This document shows, in pieces, positions 41,555-54,700 of a stretch of DNA of 64,000 nt (position 1 is its first letter; each line of letters starts with the position of its first letter). Below the pieces are notes generated by a model. That model was not told the origin of the DNA. It did not search any database and saw nothing but the letters and a program-made list of their open reading frames with translations. Location: assembly GCF_009914755.1 (NCBI RefSeq), contig NC_060935.1. One strand, given 5' to 3'. The DNA comes from the human T2T-CHM13v2.0 reference genome, Homo sapiens. Position numbers and translations under genes: made by a program.

Positions 41555-41830
41555 TGTGCATGCACGTGTGTATGTCACGAGCAGCTGTGCATTTCCAAAG
41601 GTCACTGTGATTGCAATGGGAGGAGTGATTGGAGGAGCACCAGATTAATTTGAATAATTGTAAGAAATGACCTAAGGTTATGATTGAAGGCAGTGATAGT
41701 GAAGATGTACAGGAAAAGAGATTCAAGAGCTATTTAAAAAATGGAATTGAAAGGACTCGAGTGATTGGGTTTGGGGAAGGCTAATATGATGGAGAGGAGA
41801 AACCCAGATGATGTCCAGGTTCCTGGTAGA
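40920..41830 (-). mobile_element. L2 remnant containing a (TC)n(TG)n microsatellite
   Basis: tcattcgacaaa...gcattaagca...acagtgaacaaaaca...gaacttgcagtctagt is the reverse L2 3' end. Confidence 0.65.
41495..41558. repeat. Compound (TC)n(TG)n microsatellite
   Basis: Read directly from the sequence. Confidence 0.95.
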
Positions 41831-42469
41831 GTTGCAGGGAATACCAGTTTCTGTTTTCCCAAGTAGCCAAAACCTCCCCTGGCTAACGTAGGTAAAAATG
41901 ACAATGTTATTGAAATGATACTGGGGGACTCACAGAATCCTCAGAAGGCCATACCAGGCTTGATGCTAGATAGAGACCAAAGAGTCCCAGAAGTTAGGAA
42001 GCAGAAACCATAGCAATGACCTAGTAGCGGGGATCCCGGCAAGCACATTGCTCCTGTGATGAGTGACTTTCAATCATTTCTACTGTCCTGGAGTCACTTA
42101 TACAAGATTTAAAGTTTGGAGAAAGGATATATGATTAGCAAAGTTTGGATCATATGTCCAAGCTCTGATTGTTCAGGATAGGGAAGAATTCGACCCCTTT
42201 ATCCTCTGTGTAAGGAGCCAGTTACCTGGACTTATCACCCCATTAAGACAGCATGCAATGGAGAAAAAATTCCCCAAGAGAACACTGTGGTACTCATGGG
42301 AAGGGAGACTGGATCAGAAGAAGCCAAAATGTGATAAATGCTCTCTTCATTAGGTGATGATGAGATACTGGTGCAGGAAGAGGAACATTCACGAGGAGGA
42401 ACATGTTTTGTGGGTGAGGAGGGAGTGAAGAGCAAATGGGGCCAGGTTTAGGCATGTTGAGTTTGATTG

Positions 42470-43400
42470 TACTTTGGCTATCTACACAAACTCTCTAAAA
42501 CTTAGTATTTTAGGATTATTTCTGTATTTTATGATTATTTCTCATGGTTGCATGGGTTGAATGGGCTCAGCTTAATGATTCTCACTTGGGTTCGCACATG
42601 CAATTGCAATCTGGTGGCTGCTGCAGCTAGAATCCTATGAAGGCTTGACATGGCTGGCTATCAAAGATGGCTTCTTTACTTTTCTGTCTAGCACCTCAAC
42701 AAAGATGAATAGAAAGAGACTTCTCTCTGTGTCTCTGTCTGGTGTGCTCGCCCTCTCTCTCCCTCCCTTCCTCCCTCCCTCCGTCCCTCTCTCTCTCTCT
42801 CTGTATGTGTGTGAGTGTGCCTTGTTCTCTGCAACCCCTAGACATGGCTACCTTGGGCTTCTTTTTTTTTTAGACCGGGTCTCGCTCTGTCTCCCAGGCT
42901 GGAGTGCAGTAGCACAATCTCGGCTCACTGCAACCTCTGCCTCCCAGGTTCAAGCAATTCTTCTGCCTTAGCCTCCTGAGTAGCTGGAATTAAGAGCTGC
43001 GCCACCACACCCAGCTAATTTTTGTATTTTTAGTAGAGATGGGTTGTTGGCCAGGCTGGTCTTGAACTCCTAATCTCATGATCCACCTGCCTCGGCCTCC
43101 CAAAGTGGTGGGATTACAGGTGTGAGCCACTGCACCTGGCCCCTTGGGCTTCTTTATACCATGGTGGTCTCAGGGATTTCTCACATGCTGGCCAGCTTCT
43201 CCCAGAATAAGCTTTCCAAAGACCAAGGTGAAAGCGCCAGTATTTCTTATAAACTGGTCTCCGAAACGGGAACATCATTCTGCATTCTAAAGGCTATAGA
43301 GGCCCAGGCCAGATTTATTGTAGAGGCAGACAATACAAGGGCATGAATACCAGGAGGCATGATTCATTAGGTAGACAGGCATCTTTGGAGACCAGCTGTC
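42470..43400 (-). mobile_element. MLT1-like LTR interrupted by an Alu and a CT-rich tract
   Basis: aaaacttag...tctcatggttgcatgggttgaatgggctcagct...catctttggagaccagct. Confidence 0.55.
42865..43141 (-). mobile_element. AluS, 14-bp TSD ccttgggcttcttt
   Basis: TSD at 42851-42864 and 43142-43155. Confidence 0.95.
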
Positions 43401-43433
43401 ATAATAAGACTTTGTGATATAATTTTCTACTTA

Positions 43434-43788
<355 letters not shown>

Positions 43789-45809
43789 TTACTAAACTAA
43801 TAGGTTAGTGGATTTCCATGGCTGGAAAACATTAGGAATCAGAGAATTCCTTTAATTGGGTGAAAATCTACCCCCCTGTAACTTCTGTCCAGTGGCTTTA
43901 CTTCTTCCCTCTGGAGGATAAGAGGGTGAGTCTAATTACTCTTACAATATAGCATTGTGGTTGAAAGGTCAAAATCTGCAGTCAGGTGGATCTGGGTTTA
44001 AATCCTGAAATTTTACCTAGCTGTTAGTGAAGTTCAGAGTTCCTTGCGTTCTTTTCCCCCATTGGGTTCCAGTAAGAGCTGGGTTGGAGAACATAACTTG
44101 AGATTATTACTTCCTCCTACATGATATTTTTTTTTCTCCTCACCATTCCCACTGCAACATAACGGAAGACAATTATAGGCATAATCACCAGCCCTGGAGG
44201 AATGTGGAACATTTTGCCTAGTGCCTTGTGCCGAACTGTCAAACCTATTCCTTTTCTGCCTAACATTAGCTGGGACACACTAGTCAGAATAGCAACACTT
44301 CTTACCTATCTGATCCTGATTTCTAGAAAATAGAACGCGAGGCCTAGGTATTTGTGTTGATGCTTTATTTATTTATTCTTTGGTGGTCATGGGCGTGGAT
44401 AGAGGAAGGGGAAGGGTATAGTCCTAGGAATGCAAGAGTGAGGCACAGACAGAAGGAAGTATGGAAGGAAAGGCAGGAGAGCAAGTACAAGATGGTGCAT
44501 CACAGAAAAGTCAGAACCCCACAACAAAGCACAGCTGGCTTTGTGAGGCATCTCCTGAGAAGGTGACAGAAATCACTGTGTCTCAGAAAAGACCATCCTC
44601 GCAAGTGCTCTTACTTACATTGTTTCATTTTCTTTTCAACACACCTCTTGGAAAAAAGACAGGAATGTGTTTTAAAGATTGAAAAGAATGAGGCATTTAG
44701 AGACTTTGCAGAAGCACTCAAGGAGATACTAATACAAGAAGAGCTTGAATTTTGTTCTTTATGGAGAGCTGGGAAGGAAAGACATTCCCTATATTCTGTC
44801 TCTCATTGGCCAGACTGTACCCTAAAGGTTAGCTTCCTTGAACCTCCCTATTTTGATTCCCATTCTTGCCCTCTTGGCTGCTGCTGGGAATGCCAGAGAT
44901 TCCATGAGTCCAGGTGGTCTGGTGGGCATGCAGGTGTGGTGGTCTCTCTGCATCAGTGGGTACTGGGTGTAGGGGCTCTCCACTCTGTGGCAGGGGCAAG
45001 GATGGTGTGACAACAAGGGCTTTAATGATCTCTTGACTGACAAGGAGGCTCCCAGGGTTGGGAGTAGGGGAGTAGGGGAGTAGGGGAGCAGGTGGGGTGG
45101 TCAATAACCTATAGCTGGCACATTATCACACAAGGATGTTGTGTAGATTAAATGAGATAAAACACATGGAGAACTTAGTAGAGTGCTTACCACAAAGACC
45201 ATCCTCAATAAATGTGAGCTATTTTTGTTATTCCATATGACCATACATGTCCTTCTTGAATTTAAGACAGATACCATTCTCTCTGAACATTGTTTTACTT
45301 CTAGGAAGGGAAAACAGTTGGATTCTAAAATTGTTGCTTTTGTCTTTGACTTCAGGGAAAGCTGGGATGATTAAAGGCAATTTTGCTCACTGTGGTGATG
45401 GTCCCAGAATCAGCCATAACACTTAAAATTAGCAAATCCTTTTCCATTTTGAATGGAAGCTGTGGGTGACTCTAGCAAGGGTCACTATTATGATTCAATG
45501 TCTATTATCAAAGAGGAGCCAGGCAGACACCATTTGAGACCTTTAGAAGATATGGGCATGGATTTGAATGCCAGCTTATTTAAATATCACTTACTACTAT
45601 TACTGGCACATTGCAGTTGCTCTACACACTTGGGTTCATCTTTTACTGTTTTTTTTTTTTTTAATAATTTAGAAAGAAGTTGGGGCAGACAGATTATTCT
45701 CTTGCACAGGTAGTGTGTGTGTGCATGTGTGAGTGCATGTGAATAATTTTATTCTGTGCAAAAAAGTTATTTTTCCATTTATTGTCTTTCTATAGTTATT
45801 TACTAATTA

Positions 45810-46207
<398 letters not shown>

Positions 46208-47696
46208 TTATCTCACTGAAACCTCATAATAATTCTGTGCAGAAGGTAATACCCAGATGTGAAAATCGAGGCACAGAAGAACAAGGCCACATAGGTAGTG
46301 AGTGAGCCAGCTGGGATCAGAACCTGTGTGGTTTGGCCCCACAGTCTCCTCTCTTAGCCTGTCTACTGCCACTCCTGTTATTGTTAGACTGACTTGGAAA
46401 TAATTCTCAATTCTGAATTTTAGAGGGGTAGATTGAGAAGGATTGATTGATCATTTTTCAGTCTATCTGAGAATATCAGATTGGTCAGGCTATGGCCCAT
46501 TGATTCCCTTGATAAAGGTAGCATTTATAAAAGGCCATGGAAGAGCTTTGGGACATAGTTAATGGATATTGTCAGCAGAGAGTGAGGGTAATGGGTATAG
46601 GATCAAAGGGCCTCTTATTTCTCCCAGGCAGCTTTTCTCAAGATGTAAGCACTAATGCCCTATGGAATCTGTTGTATGCAATAAATTAAACTTCCTCTTA
46701 GGCATCTAAAATGGTATTATGAAGTATTATCCTTGGGAGGACTAAGGAAATAATTGCTAAAATAATTTTTGATATTCTGTCATTCAGTTGACAAAAGGAT
46801 GCCTGGAGATCCACCCATTTTCATTTTCCTGGGATCATTTTAAAGCTTCAGCAACACCAATTAGTCAAAAAACAAACTCTTGTTTCAAATATTTTCACCA
46901 AGTGTTTCCAGGAATTAACATAATTTTTTTAAAAAAATCAACATGAATAAACTCTCCTAGCAGTCTTATTAATTTTGCCCAATTATTGCTTTTCTGCAGA
47001 ATTTCTTTATCCTAGCAACAATTTTTTACTTGAAGTTGTAAGTTTTATATGTTGTTAGAAATTCAGGTTAGTGCACAATGGTTAGTACAGAACTTGAAAG
47101 TGTATGTATTTGACCAATGACATGGAGAAAGCCACTCTAAATGAGAAAGAAAAAAGGAATTGTATTTTTCCACCAGCGCAGAACTCCAGGGGTCATAAAA
47201 TAACATACTATAATCAGAAAGACTTAAAATGTTAATTATCAGGTACTTCTTACTAGAGATAGGTTTGAAAATAAAGCTATGAAAGGTTTGTGCCTAATTA
47301 TGTAGCTGGATTAAATGGATTTGGTGGCACTTATGCAATGGTAATCACAGTTCATATTATTTTTCAAATTCATGCAAAAAGGTTTGTCTCCATTTAAATA
47401 TTTGGGATTATGATCTTACTCATTAAATATGTTAAAGGTTGATTAGAACTGGTGACTGATTTAATCAGTGAAGCAAACCCTTTTTATAAAAATAGAAGAT
47501 TTGTGAATGATTATTTTTAAAAAATCTTCTGTAGCATTTTTAATATTTTGTTTTTACAAAAATATATACTTATACAATTTGGAATATAGAGGGGAAAATG
47601 TAAGGAAGAAAATGGGAATCACTCCCGAATCTCACCACCTAGAGATAATCTTTTAACAGTTTGATTTTTGACAGCAAGAGTGAAATTTATTTTAAT

Positions 47697-48147
47697 TGTC
47701 TTAGTTTGGGTTCTCCCAGAAGCGAACCCTGAGCTAAGGATTTCAGTACAAGTGATTTATTAAGGTAGTGCCCCCAGGAGAAACCAGTGAGGGTGTGGGG
47801 GATGCCAGATGGAGAAGGGGAAGAAACTGAGAAGAGGTACAATTTTAGATGAAAGGTCAAACATACCGTAATCCCACCATGGGCTCTGGAGCATACATTT
47901 TACCCTAGAGATTGTCTCTCTTCGAGGTAAAGAATATCCCATACCATTCATTCACTGGCTTTGGGTCATACGCATGGGAGTTGTAGAACTTGCATGTAAC
48001 TTCCGGCTCTCTGCATGGGCAAAATGGCTCCATTGCCCAAGGGCAGTGCTCTGAGAGTGACAGAGGTGAGCCAGTTGCAGCAAAGCATTGATAAACCTAG
48101 AGGTGCGCACATAGAGCTGACAAAAGGATTCAACAGTGTCAGCCACT
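47697..48147 (-). mobile_element. LTR16-family ERVL solo LTR
   Basis: tgtcttagtttgggttctcccagaagcgaaccctgag..aaggattt..gtacaagtgatttattaagg. Confidence 0.75.
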
Positions 48148-49539
48148 CTTATTTATGCCAGGAGGCAGCAGATCATGAATAAATATATTAATATTGAAGG
48201 ATAGACTTAGAGGCAATAATGGTAAGTAATTCAGCATTGTGATTTCCTCTACATTTAGCTGCTGATAGTAAGGTTACTAACTTCCATTGATTGGTAATAA
48301 CTGGTTTGATTCCCTGTTGTAGAAAGTAAGGCACATCAGGTAGGGACACTTGCCTTAGGACTGGAGCTAATTTTTGAGGTTAGATACCACCCATCATGGT
48401 CTGGATTGAGGATTAAAAATGAAGTGCAGTTGCAAAGTGGGGCAGAGTGAGTAGCAGGATCGATTCTCAGGTCTTAGGGACAATTGTAAGATAGTCAGGA
48501 GAAAGTTAAGAGTTACCTTGGGAAAGATTGGGAATAAAGATAAAAGGAGAAGAAAAGACAAGACTAAGAATGCCAGAGGCTGGCCTGTCTGGACTGGAAA
48601 TTCTGAGAAAGGAGAGGAAGCCATGGTGCAAATAATCCAAAAGATGAGCAGTTGGAAATTTATATTTGACATATACAATTATGTTACTGTTCCAATTTAA
48701 GAATGGGTATTCCTGATATAGTGGGAGTTCTTGCCAAACCAGAGAAATGTGGAACCACTGGGATGACGGTCTCATGAAGACGGAAAACTCAGTCTCTCCT
48801 GCACCCTTCTTGACTATACACCTTCATCCTATTCTTCCACCTGTGTTGGGAACTACCTTTTGGCCTTAAATGAGATGCCTCTTCTTGAGCTTGCTTCCTG
48901 GTTGACTTAAGCATCCCCTTAAAAATGGGAGAGAAAAAGTAAATGTTTTAGATAAAATAAGGAACTCTCAGCATTTTTAAAAAAATAGTAATTAATGGAA
49001 TAATTTTTACAAATTGGCATCATACTAAATACAGATGCTAGTAATGTCAACCAAAAAGACCTTGGATGAAGTAAGGTCATAAAGATTCACCTTCTGAATA
49101 TTACACACGTTATTGTAAGTGATTTTATATCTAGGGAAAATCTAATGCTCAGCTAACTGATCCTCTTTCAGTTCATTCCTGCCTACATGCCTTGGCTCTT
49201 TTCAGCTCTTTGCCAGGAAAGTCCCTTCTTCCTTTATTCCACTAATCAAGTTCCCTCAAAGCTGGTGTCTTCATAATTTCTCCCCACCTGAGCAGAGTTA
49301 ATTATTATTCTATGACACATTATAATACTTTTATTAGAGCCCATTTTTAGGCTTATGCTGTGCTGTATGTTTTGTGGTTTCTAGTTTATGAGGCTTTATT
49401 CCTCCCTCCATCCAAACTGAGAATTCATTAAGAGCAAGGAAGATATGCTGTCTATCACTGGGTTCACAAAGCCTGTTATCCAGGGGCATGCCAGAGCTCA
49501 CATAAGCTCAATTATACATAACTTCTGAACATTGCTTTC

Positions 49540-49668
49540 AGTGATACCATGTTAGTAGCTCAAAATCAGCCATCACTGGAGTATTTACATCATAGAAATT
49601 AGGAAATGTTATAAATTAGGCCCCACCGGACCAAGAGTCGATTGTTAGACTTTTATCAGTGCATTGCT
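49540..49668. mobile_element. MER63-like fragment
   Basis: gttagtagctcaaaatcagccat...ggagtatttacatcatagaaat. Confidence 0.55.
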
Positions 49669-49928
49669 GTTAGAATCCTTCTGCTCCATAGAAGATACTT
49701 CAAAACTGTTGAATTTGAGGCTTTTAGGATATAGAAAGGGAAATTTACCTTATATTCCAGGGGTCTCATTAATTTAATTTGTGGCATTATCGTTTTTAGT
49801 GGAATCCCTGGGAGTATTAATTATTGTATGTTGTTATCACTGCAGGCTATTAACAAAGAACATTATAAGTTTGTTCCATTGACTAAAAATGTGAACATCT
49901 TTTTCTTTCCCTAATATTTGGCTTCCAG

Positions 49929-50028
49929 GGTGGAGTTTTAGTAAAAATTACAGAAATGTGTCCTCCTTTGAACTGCTCAGAAAAGGATCACATTCTTCCT
50001 GAGAATCAGTGCTGCCGTGTCTGTAGAG
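49929..50028 (+). CDS. NELL1: NELL1 coding exon (~exon 11), C-half of VWC2: GGVLVKITEMCPPLNCSEKDHILPENQCCRVCR(G)
   Basis: Acceptor ggcttccAG, donor G|GTAAGT; 100 nt, phase 0-1; CCxxC. Confidence 0.98.
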
Positions 50029-50089
50029 GTAAGTGGGCTTGGTGGTGGGCCATGCGTGGGGTGAGGCTGGGGCTGGTCTTCTGGGGCAT

Positions 50090-50330
50090 GAGATTTTAAT
50101 GAATAGTATGATAATAACATGGGTCCAAAACTCTGTGCGCTGCTCCTTAAAAAGTTGCATATCCTATTTACCTCTCTCAGTCATAGTCTCCTCAATTATA
50201 AAATGAGGATAATAATAGTATCTACTTTGTAAGACTGCTGTGAAGATTAAATGGGATAATGCATAAGCACCTACCATCATGCCTAGCATGTGACAAATGT
50301 TCAATAAATGATAGTTCCTATAATAATGCT
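50090..50330 (+). mobile_element. MIR immediately downstream of the ~exon 11 donor
   Basis: ataaaatgaggataataatagtatctact...gaagattaaatgggataatgcat...tcaataaatg. Confidence 0.75.
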
Positions 50331-50629
50331 AATGTTAGTTCTTATAATAATAACCATTATCATCATTATTACATTTTTCTCATGAGTGAGATTGGGAAGC
50401 ATTCTTTTCAGCTCCGTCTTGTTGGGCCAGTTCCCATACTCTGGTAGAGAATGATGTATGGTGAATCCTTACTCATAGGTTAGATTGTTATGCAACATTT
50501 TTACTCCCTGCAAGGAAAAATGCATCAGATAAATAACACTTGGTTGCTAATTAATTATTGGGCAGAAATGGTTTTGCTTCATCTTCCTGGAATTGCCTTC
50601 ATCCCAAAATTTATTCTTTATTTAAATTT

Positions 50630-50945
50630 TTATTTATTATTATTATTAGTTTAGAGTTAGAGTCTCGCTCTGTCACTCAGGCTGGAGAGCAGTGGTATGA
50701 TCATAGCTCACTGTAACCTTGAACTCCTGGGCCCAAGCAATCCTCCTGCCTAAGCCTCCCAAGTAGCTGGGACTTCACAGGCATACACCATCACACCCAA
50801 CTAATTTTTATTTATTTATTTTTTTTTTAGAGACTGGGTCTTGCTATGTTGCCCAGGTTGTCCTTGAACTCTTGGCCTCAAGCAATTCTCCTGTCTTGGC
50901 CTCCCAAGGTGTTGGGAGTACAGGCATGAGCCACCATGCCCAGCC
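50630..50945 (-). mobile_element. AluJ
   Basis: gatcatagctcactgtaaccttgaactcctggg J diagnostics. Confidence 0.92.
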
Positions 50946-51245
50946 TATTTTTATTTTTCAATTGTTATATAATAGTTGTGCATATTTTGGGTGTACATGT
51001 GATCTTTTGATACATGTATACAATGTGTAATCAAATCAGGGTAATTGAGATATCCATCACCTCAAAATTGATCTTTGTGTTGGGAACATTACAATTCTTC
51101 TATCTATTTTGAAAAAGACAATAGTTTATTGTTAAGTATAATTACCTTACTGTACTATCCAATAAATTCCTTTTATCTAACTGTATTTTTGTACCCATTA
51201 ACCAAATTCTCTTCATATTCCCTCCCCCTTTCCCTTCACGGCCTC
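50946..51245 (-). mobile_element. L1MA 3' end fragment
   Basis: gtacatgtgatcttttgatacatgtatacaatgtgtaat..aatcagggtaattg..atatccatcacctcaaa. Confidence 0.8.
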
Positions 51246-51569
51246 TTAAATTGATTCCTATGTCTTAAAACCCAGCTCAAGTATCACTTCCTCTCTGCAG
51301 CTTCTCACCCAAGCAGAATTAGATGAATTAGGAGATCCTAGGATTTGTTCAAAATCTTAAAAAAAAAAAAAAAAAAAAAACAGTTAAACTCATAGGTATT
51401 ATTTTAAAACTATATCTACCATAAATACTTCAGATTCTCAAATACCCAGTAAGTGATATCCTTTTAATCTGAGCTTTGAAGCTTCCAGAGTTAAGGAGGT
51501 CCCTGCAGCATAGCAATTTAGCTCAGGTAACCTCATATTTTGCTTTTTTTTTCCTATCTTTTCTGTAGC

Positions 51570-51768
51570 AGAGGGGTGGCAAAAATTCTTTATAAAGGGT
51601 TACAAAATAAATATTTTTGACTTTGCCGACAAGAGGTTTCTGTTACAACTAACAGAAGAAAGTTAGCAAGAAAGCAACATAGATCATAGGTATATAAATG
51701 GGTGTGACCATGTTCCAATGAAACTTTATTTACAAAAACAGGTGGCAGCCTGTAACTGTTGACCCCTC
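51570..51768. mobile_element. MER58A
   Basis: aggggtggcaaa...gttccaatgaaactttatttacaaaaacaggtggc...tgacccct. Confidence 0.8.
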
Positions 51769-54700
51769 CCTTAGCACCTTCTGGTGTATGAAAATGTTGT
51801 ATGTTTCACCATTGCATGTTTTCAGCTTAGGCTTTCTGTGTTTGGTCATGAGAGCTCTGGGCTTTGGTAAAATTCTTAGGAAAATTTAGTGTGTTGATAG
51901 CCAGAAATGGCCCCTAGAATTAGTGATAGGCTAACTATGACATCAGAATATCTTCCTTGATTTATCTGCTTTCATGGCTATATTATCTGCAGCTGGTATG
52001 TTTTGGAAATACCTAAAGATTGAGTGGAATTTTCAGAGTGATGCATTTATTGGTTAGATAGAATGGTTAGGTAGGTCTTATAATTTAATGCAAAATTCAT
52101 CACTTGCTATTTGTTGGGGTGCCAAGTGAGACTCAGTTTATGTAAATCCTTTCTGATTTATGGTTTCATTAGAGCAGAATCATTAATTAGGCCACAGAAA
52201 TTCAGGAGGGATTTCATTGCCCTGACCCAATTTACAATAGAACAGGTGCCACTGCTTCTGTTAGCACTTGTCTGGAATGTGTCCATTACCAATGAAGATG
52301 CTGAGAGATGTGACATCTCATTGACAAGAAGCAGACATACAAGGTTCCCGTTGCTAGCAAGCAGTGGCATTTACCAAACCTGACTCAACTTTGAGGGAAG
52401 AGTGGGAGGCAGGAGGAAGACTTCATAGATTTGATCTTAGGCAGGGCCCGTCTATGAAATCAAGGGCTTTCTTTTTCATACCAGTTCCTTCTCAGCCAGG
52501 AAACAGCCAGCTCTTTTACTTGGAAGCTAATAGTTTTCTTTGGAGGTATGTGTGTGTGAGAAAGTTATTTTATGCTCTTTGACTGCTCTACATTTGGACA
52601 GGAACTAGAGCATGTCTTCAGAAAAGAGGTGGTGGGAGGGTGTTTTCCCGGGAGGTAGGTGAATTAACCATTTGGATTTCTTCTATATTACTCCCATCTC
52701 AGAGTCAGACTCTGAAGTAAAGGAGGCAGCATTGTTCACTGAGGCCCTTTTCAGAAACATCTACTATCATAACCTTCTTCCTTCTTGCTGACCCACAGCA
52801 GAGAGAATCCCAGAACATCCAGCCCACTTGTCCACATGCTAGGGCCTGCTCTTCCCATCAGGCAATCAGGAAATGAAAGGCATATTTAGTGAGATGTCTC
52901 TTTTTCATGAAACCCTGCAATTTAAATGACAATTAACAAAGAGCAATACAGATGAGTTCAAAAGTCTGTCATCTTGAACTAAGCCCCCCATGAATTTTGC
53001 TCCACATCTCTTAATTCCGTCTTTAAAAGTAACATAATCATCTCTCACAATTTTGTGAGAAATACTTTTCTTCTTATTTTTGCCTTTTCCTCTGCATTTC
53101 TGAGTGGACTCACAGGAGAAGGGGGTTGGACAATTACTATTCTGACAAGACCTGAAAAGCCCAGTGGACTTCTAAAGCAAATTATTTGGTTCTTCTTGCC
53201 TCCTCCCCTTCTCCCCTTCTCTGAAACAGAAAGTAATGAAAAGTCGAGAAACACTCAATTTCTATGTAAAGTAATTTGTATCCTGCATATGGAAAGGCAG
53301 CAGCATCGTTTGCTTTGTGGACTGATTGTCCACAGACTGGTTGGCAGCAAGGAAGCAGAGAGGTGGGACTGAGATGAGCTGAAGTGTGTATTTTAGGAAA
53401 TGAGCACTGTGGTATGCTATAGCTGTACTGCTTCTGCCACCCTGATGTTGTTGATTACAAAAACCAAAGTGGCTGTGGCCTTTCAACACCTGCACCGAAG
53501 GCCTTTCAATTAGCATATTTATCATCTCTCTCTTACTGTGACCATCCGGTCATTAGTCTGAGAGAAATTACCCTATGACGGTATCATTCCTCAGAAGTCT
53601 AAGTCAAAACCTTTCTCATGCCTGCCTGGAGAATTTGAAGTTTTCCAAGGTTTATTTTCTTTAGGACTCTGATGAGTCACCTTACCTGGGGAGGCCTAGA
53701 CTGGGAATTTGAGAAAACTTCCAGAGAGTGGATTTTGCTCACTGTCATTGTCATGTTAATGAATGAATGACATTATTTTCAGCACTAGCTGATAGGCTTT
53801 ATATATTTTACATATGAAATAAGGTTAAAACCCATTTTTCTGAGTTATAACTTATTTCCTCAAGTTATAGCTTGCTAGCTTGATTATGAAGTTAATTTTT
53901 TTTTAACTTAGTCTTACCAAATTTTCTCATATGGTTACTGTCCCCCACCCCACAATTATTGACTAATCAAGATGGAAGATACAGGCTACATCTTTACATT
54001 TGATTTTTTTTCTTTGTTTGAATTAAACCTAAGACTTTAAAGTTAGTAAGAACAGGTTCTGACTGACTTATGGTGTTCACTGTATCAACAAACTGGTCTC
54101 CAAGCTAGGGGCTCAGATACCTTGCCTCTTCAAATTTTGTGTCATGTCAAATGCTGTAACTAATTCCCTTGTCTTTTAGGGAAAAATGAATATAACCAAG
54201 TAAACAGGGGGTTTAATCCACAGGGCTGTTGGAGCAGCTGGGACACCCATAGGAGAAGAACTATAGAATTGGTAGGGAAGAAACACGCAAAGGGAATCAA
54301 GGTGATGGATACTGGCAGGGAGAGGCCACTTTGTAGTTTGTGGGACTCATGGTCTCAGTCACACAACAGCACCACCCAGAACATCCTTAATCACCACTGC
54401 AGCTTTTCTCTGATACCTCAGGACAGTTTGTGCTGGCAACATGAAATTCATTTACCCTCCTCTTTACCTTGAGGTAATGGATGTAGCAGGAGCCTGACCA
54501 CTTGAAGTGTGAGGCCATTAGGTGGAGAAGGGGAGTGTGCACTGGAATAACATCTGGGCTCCTGCCTGGGAAGAAGTAATAAAAGCATCAATATAGACCC
54601 AGCAGAAAAAGACTGCTCGTGAATTTCTGGTGCTCTCAGTTAAAGGATGAAAAAAAAAAAAATGTCAACAATATTGACCATGTATTCTCAGGACCACTCC

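Noticed and set aside
49948-50160. Antisense ORF over exon 11, and the alternative-frame ORF 63038..63226 over exon 12
   Set aside because: Short, no recognisable domain; expected shadows of real exons
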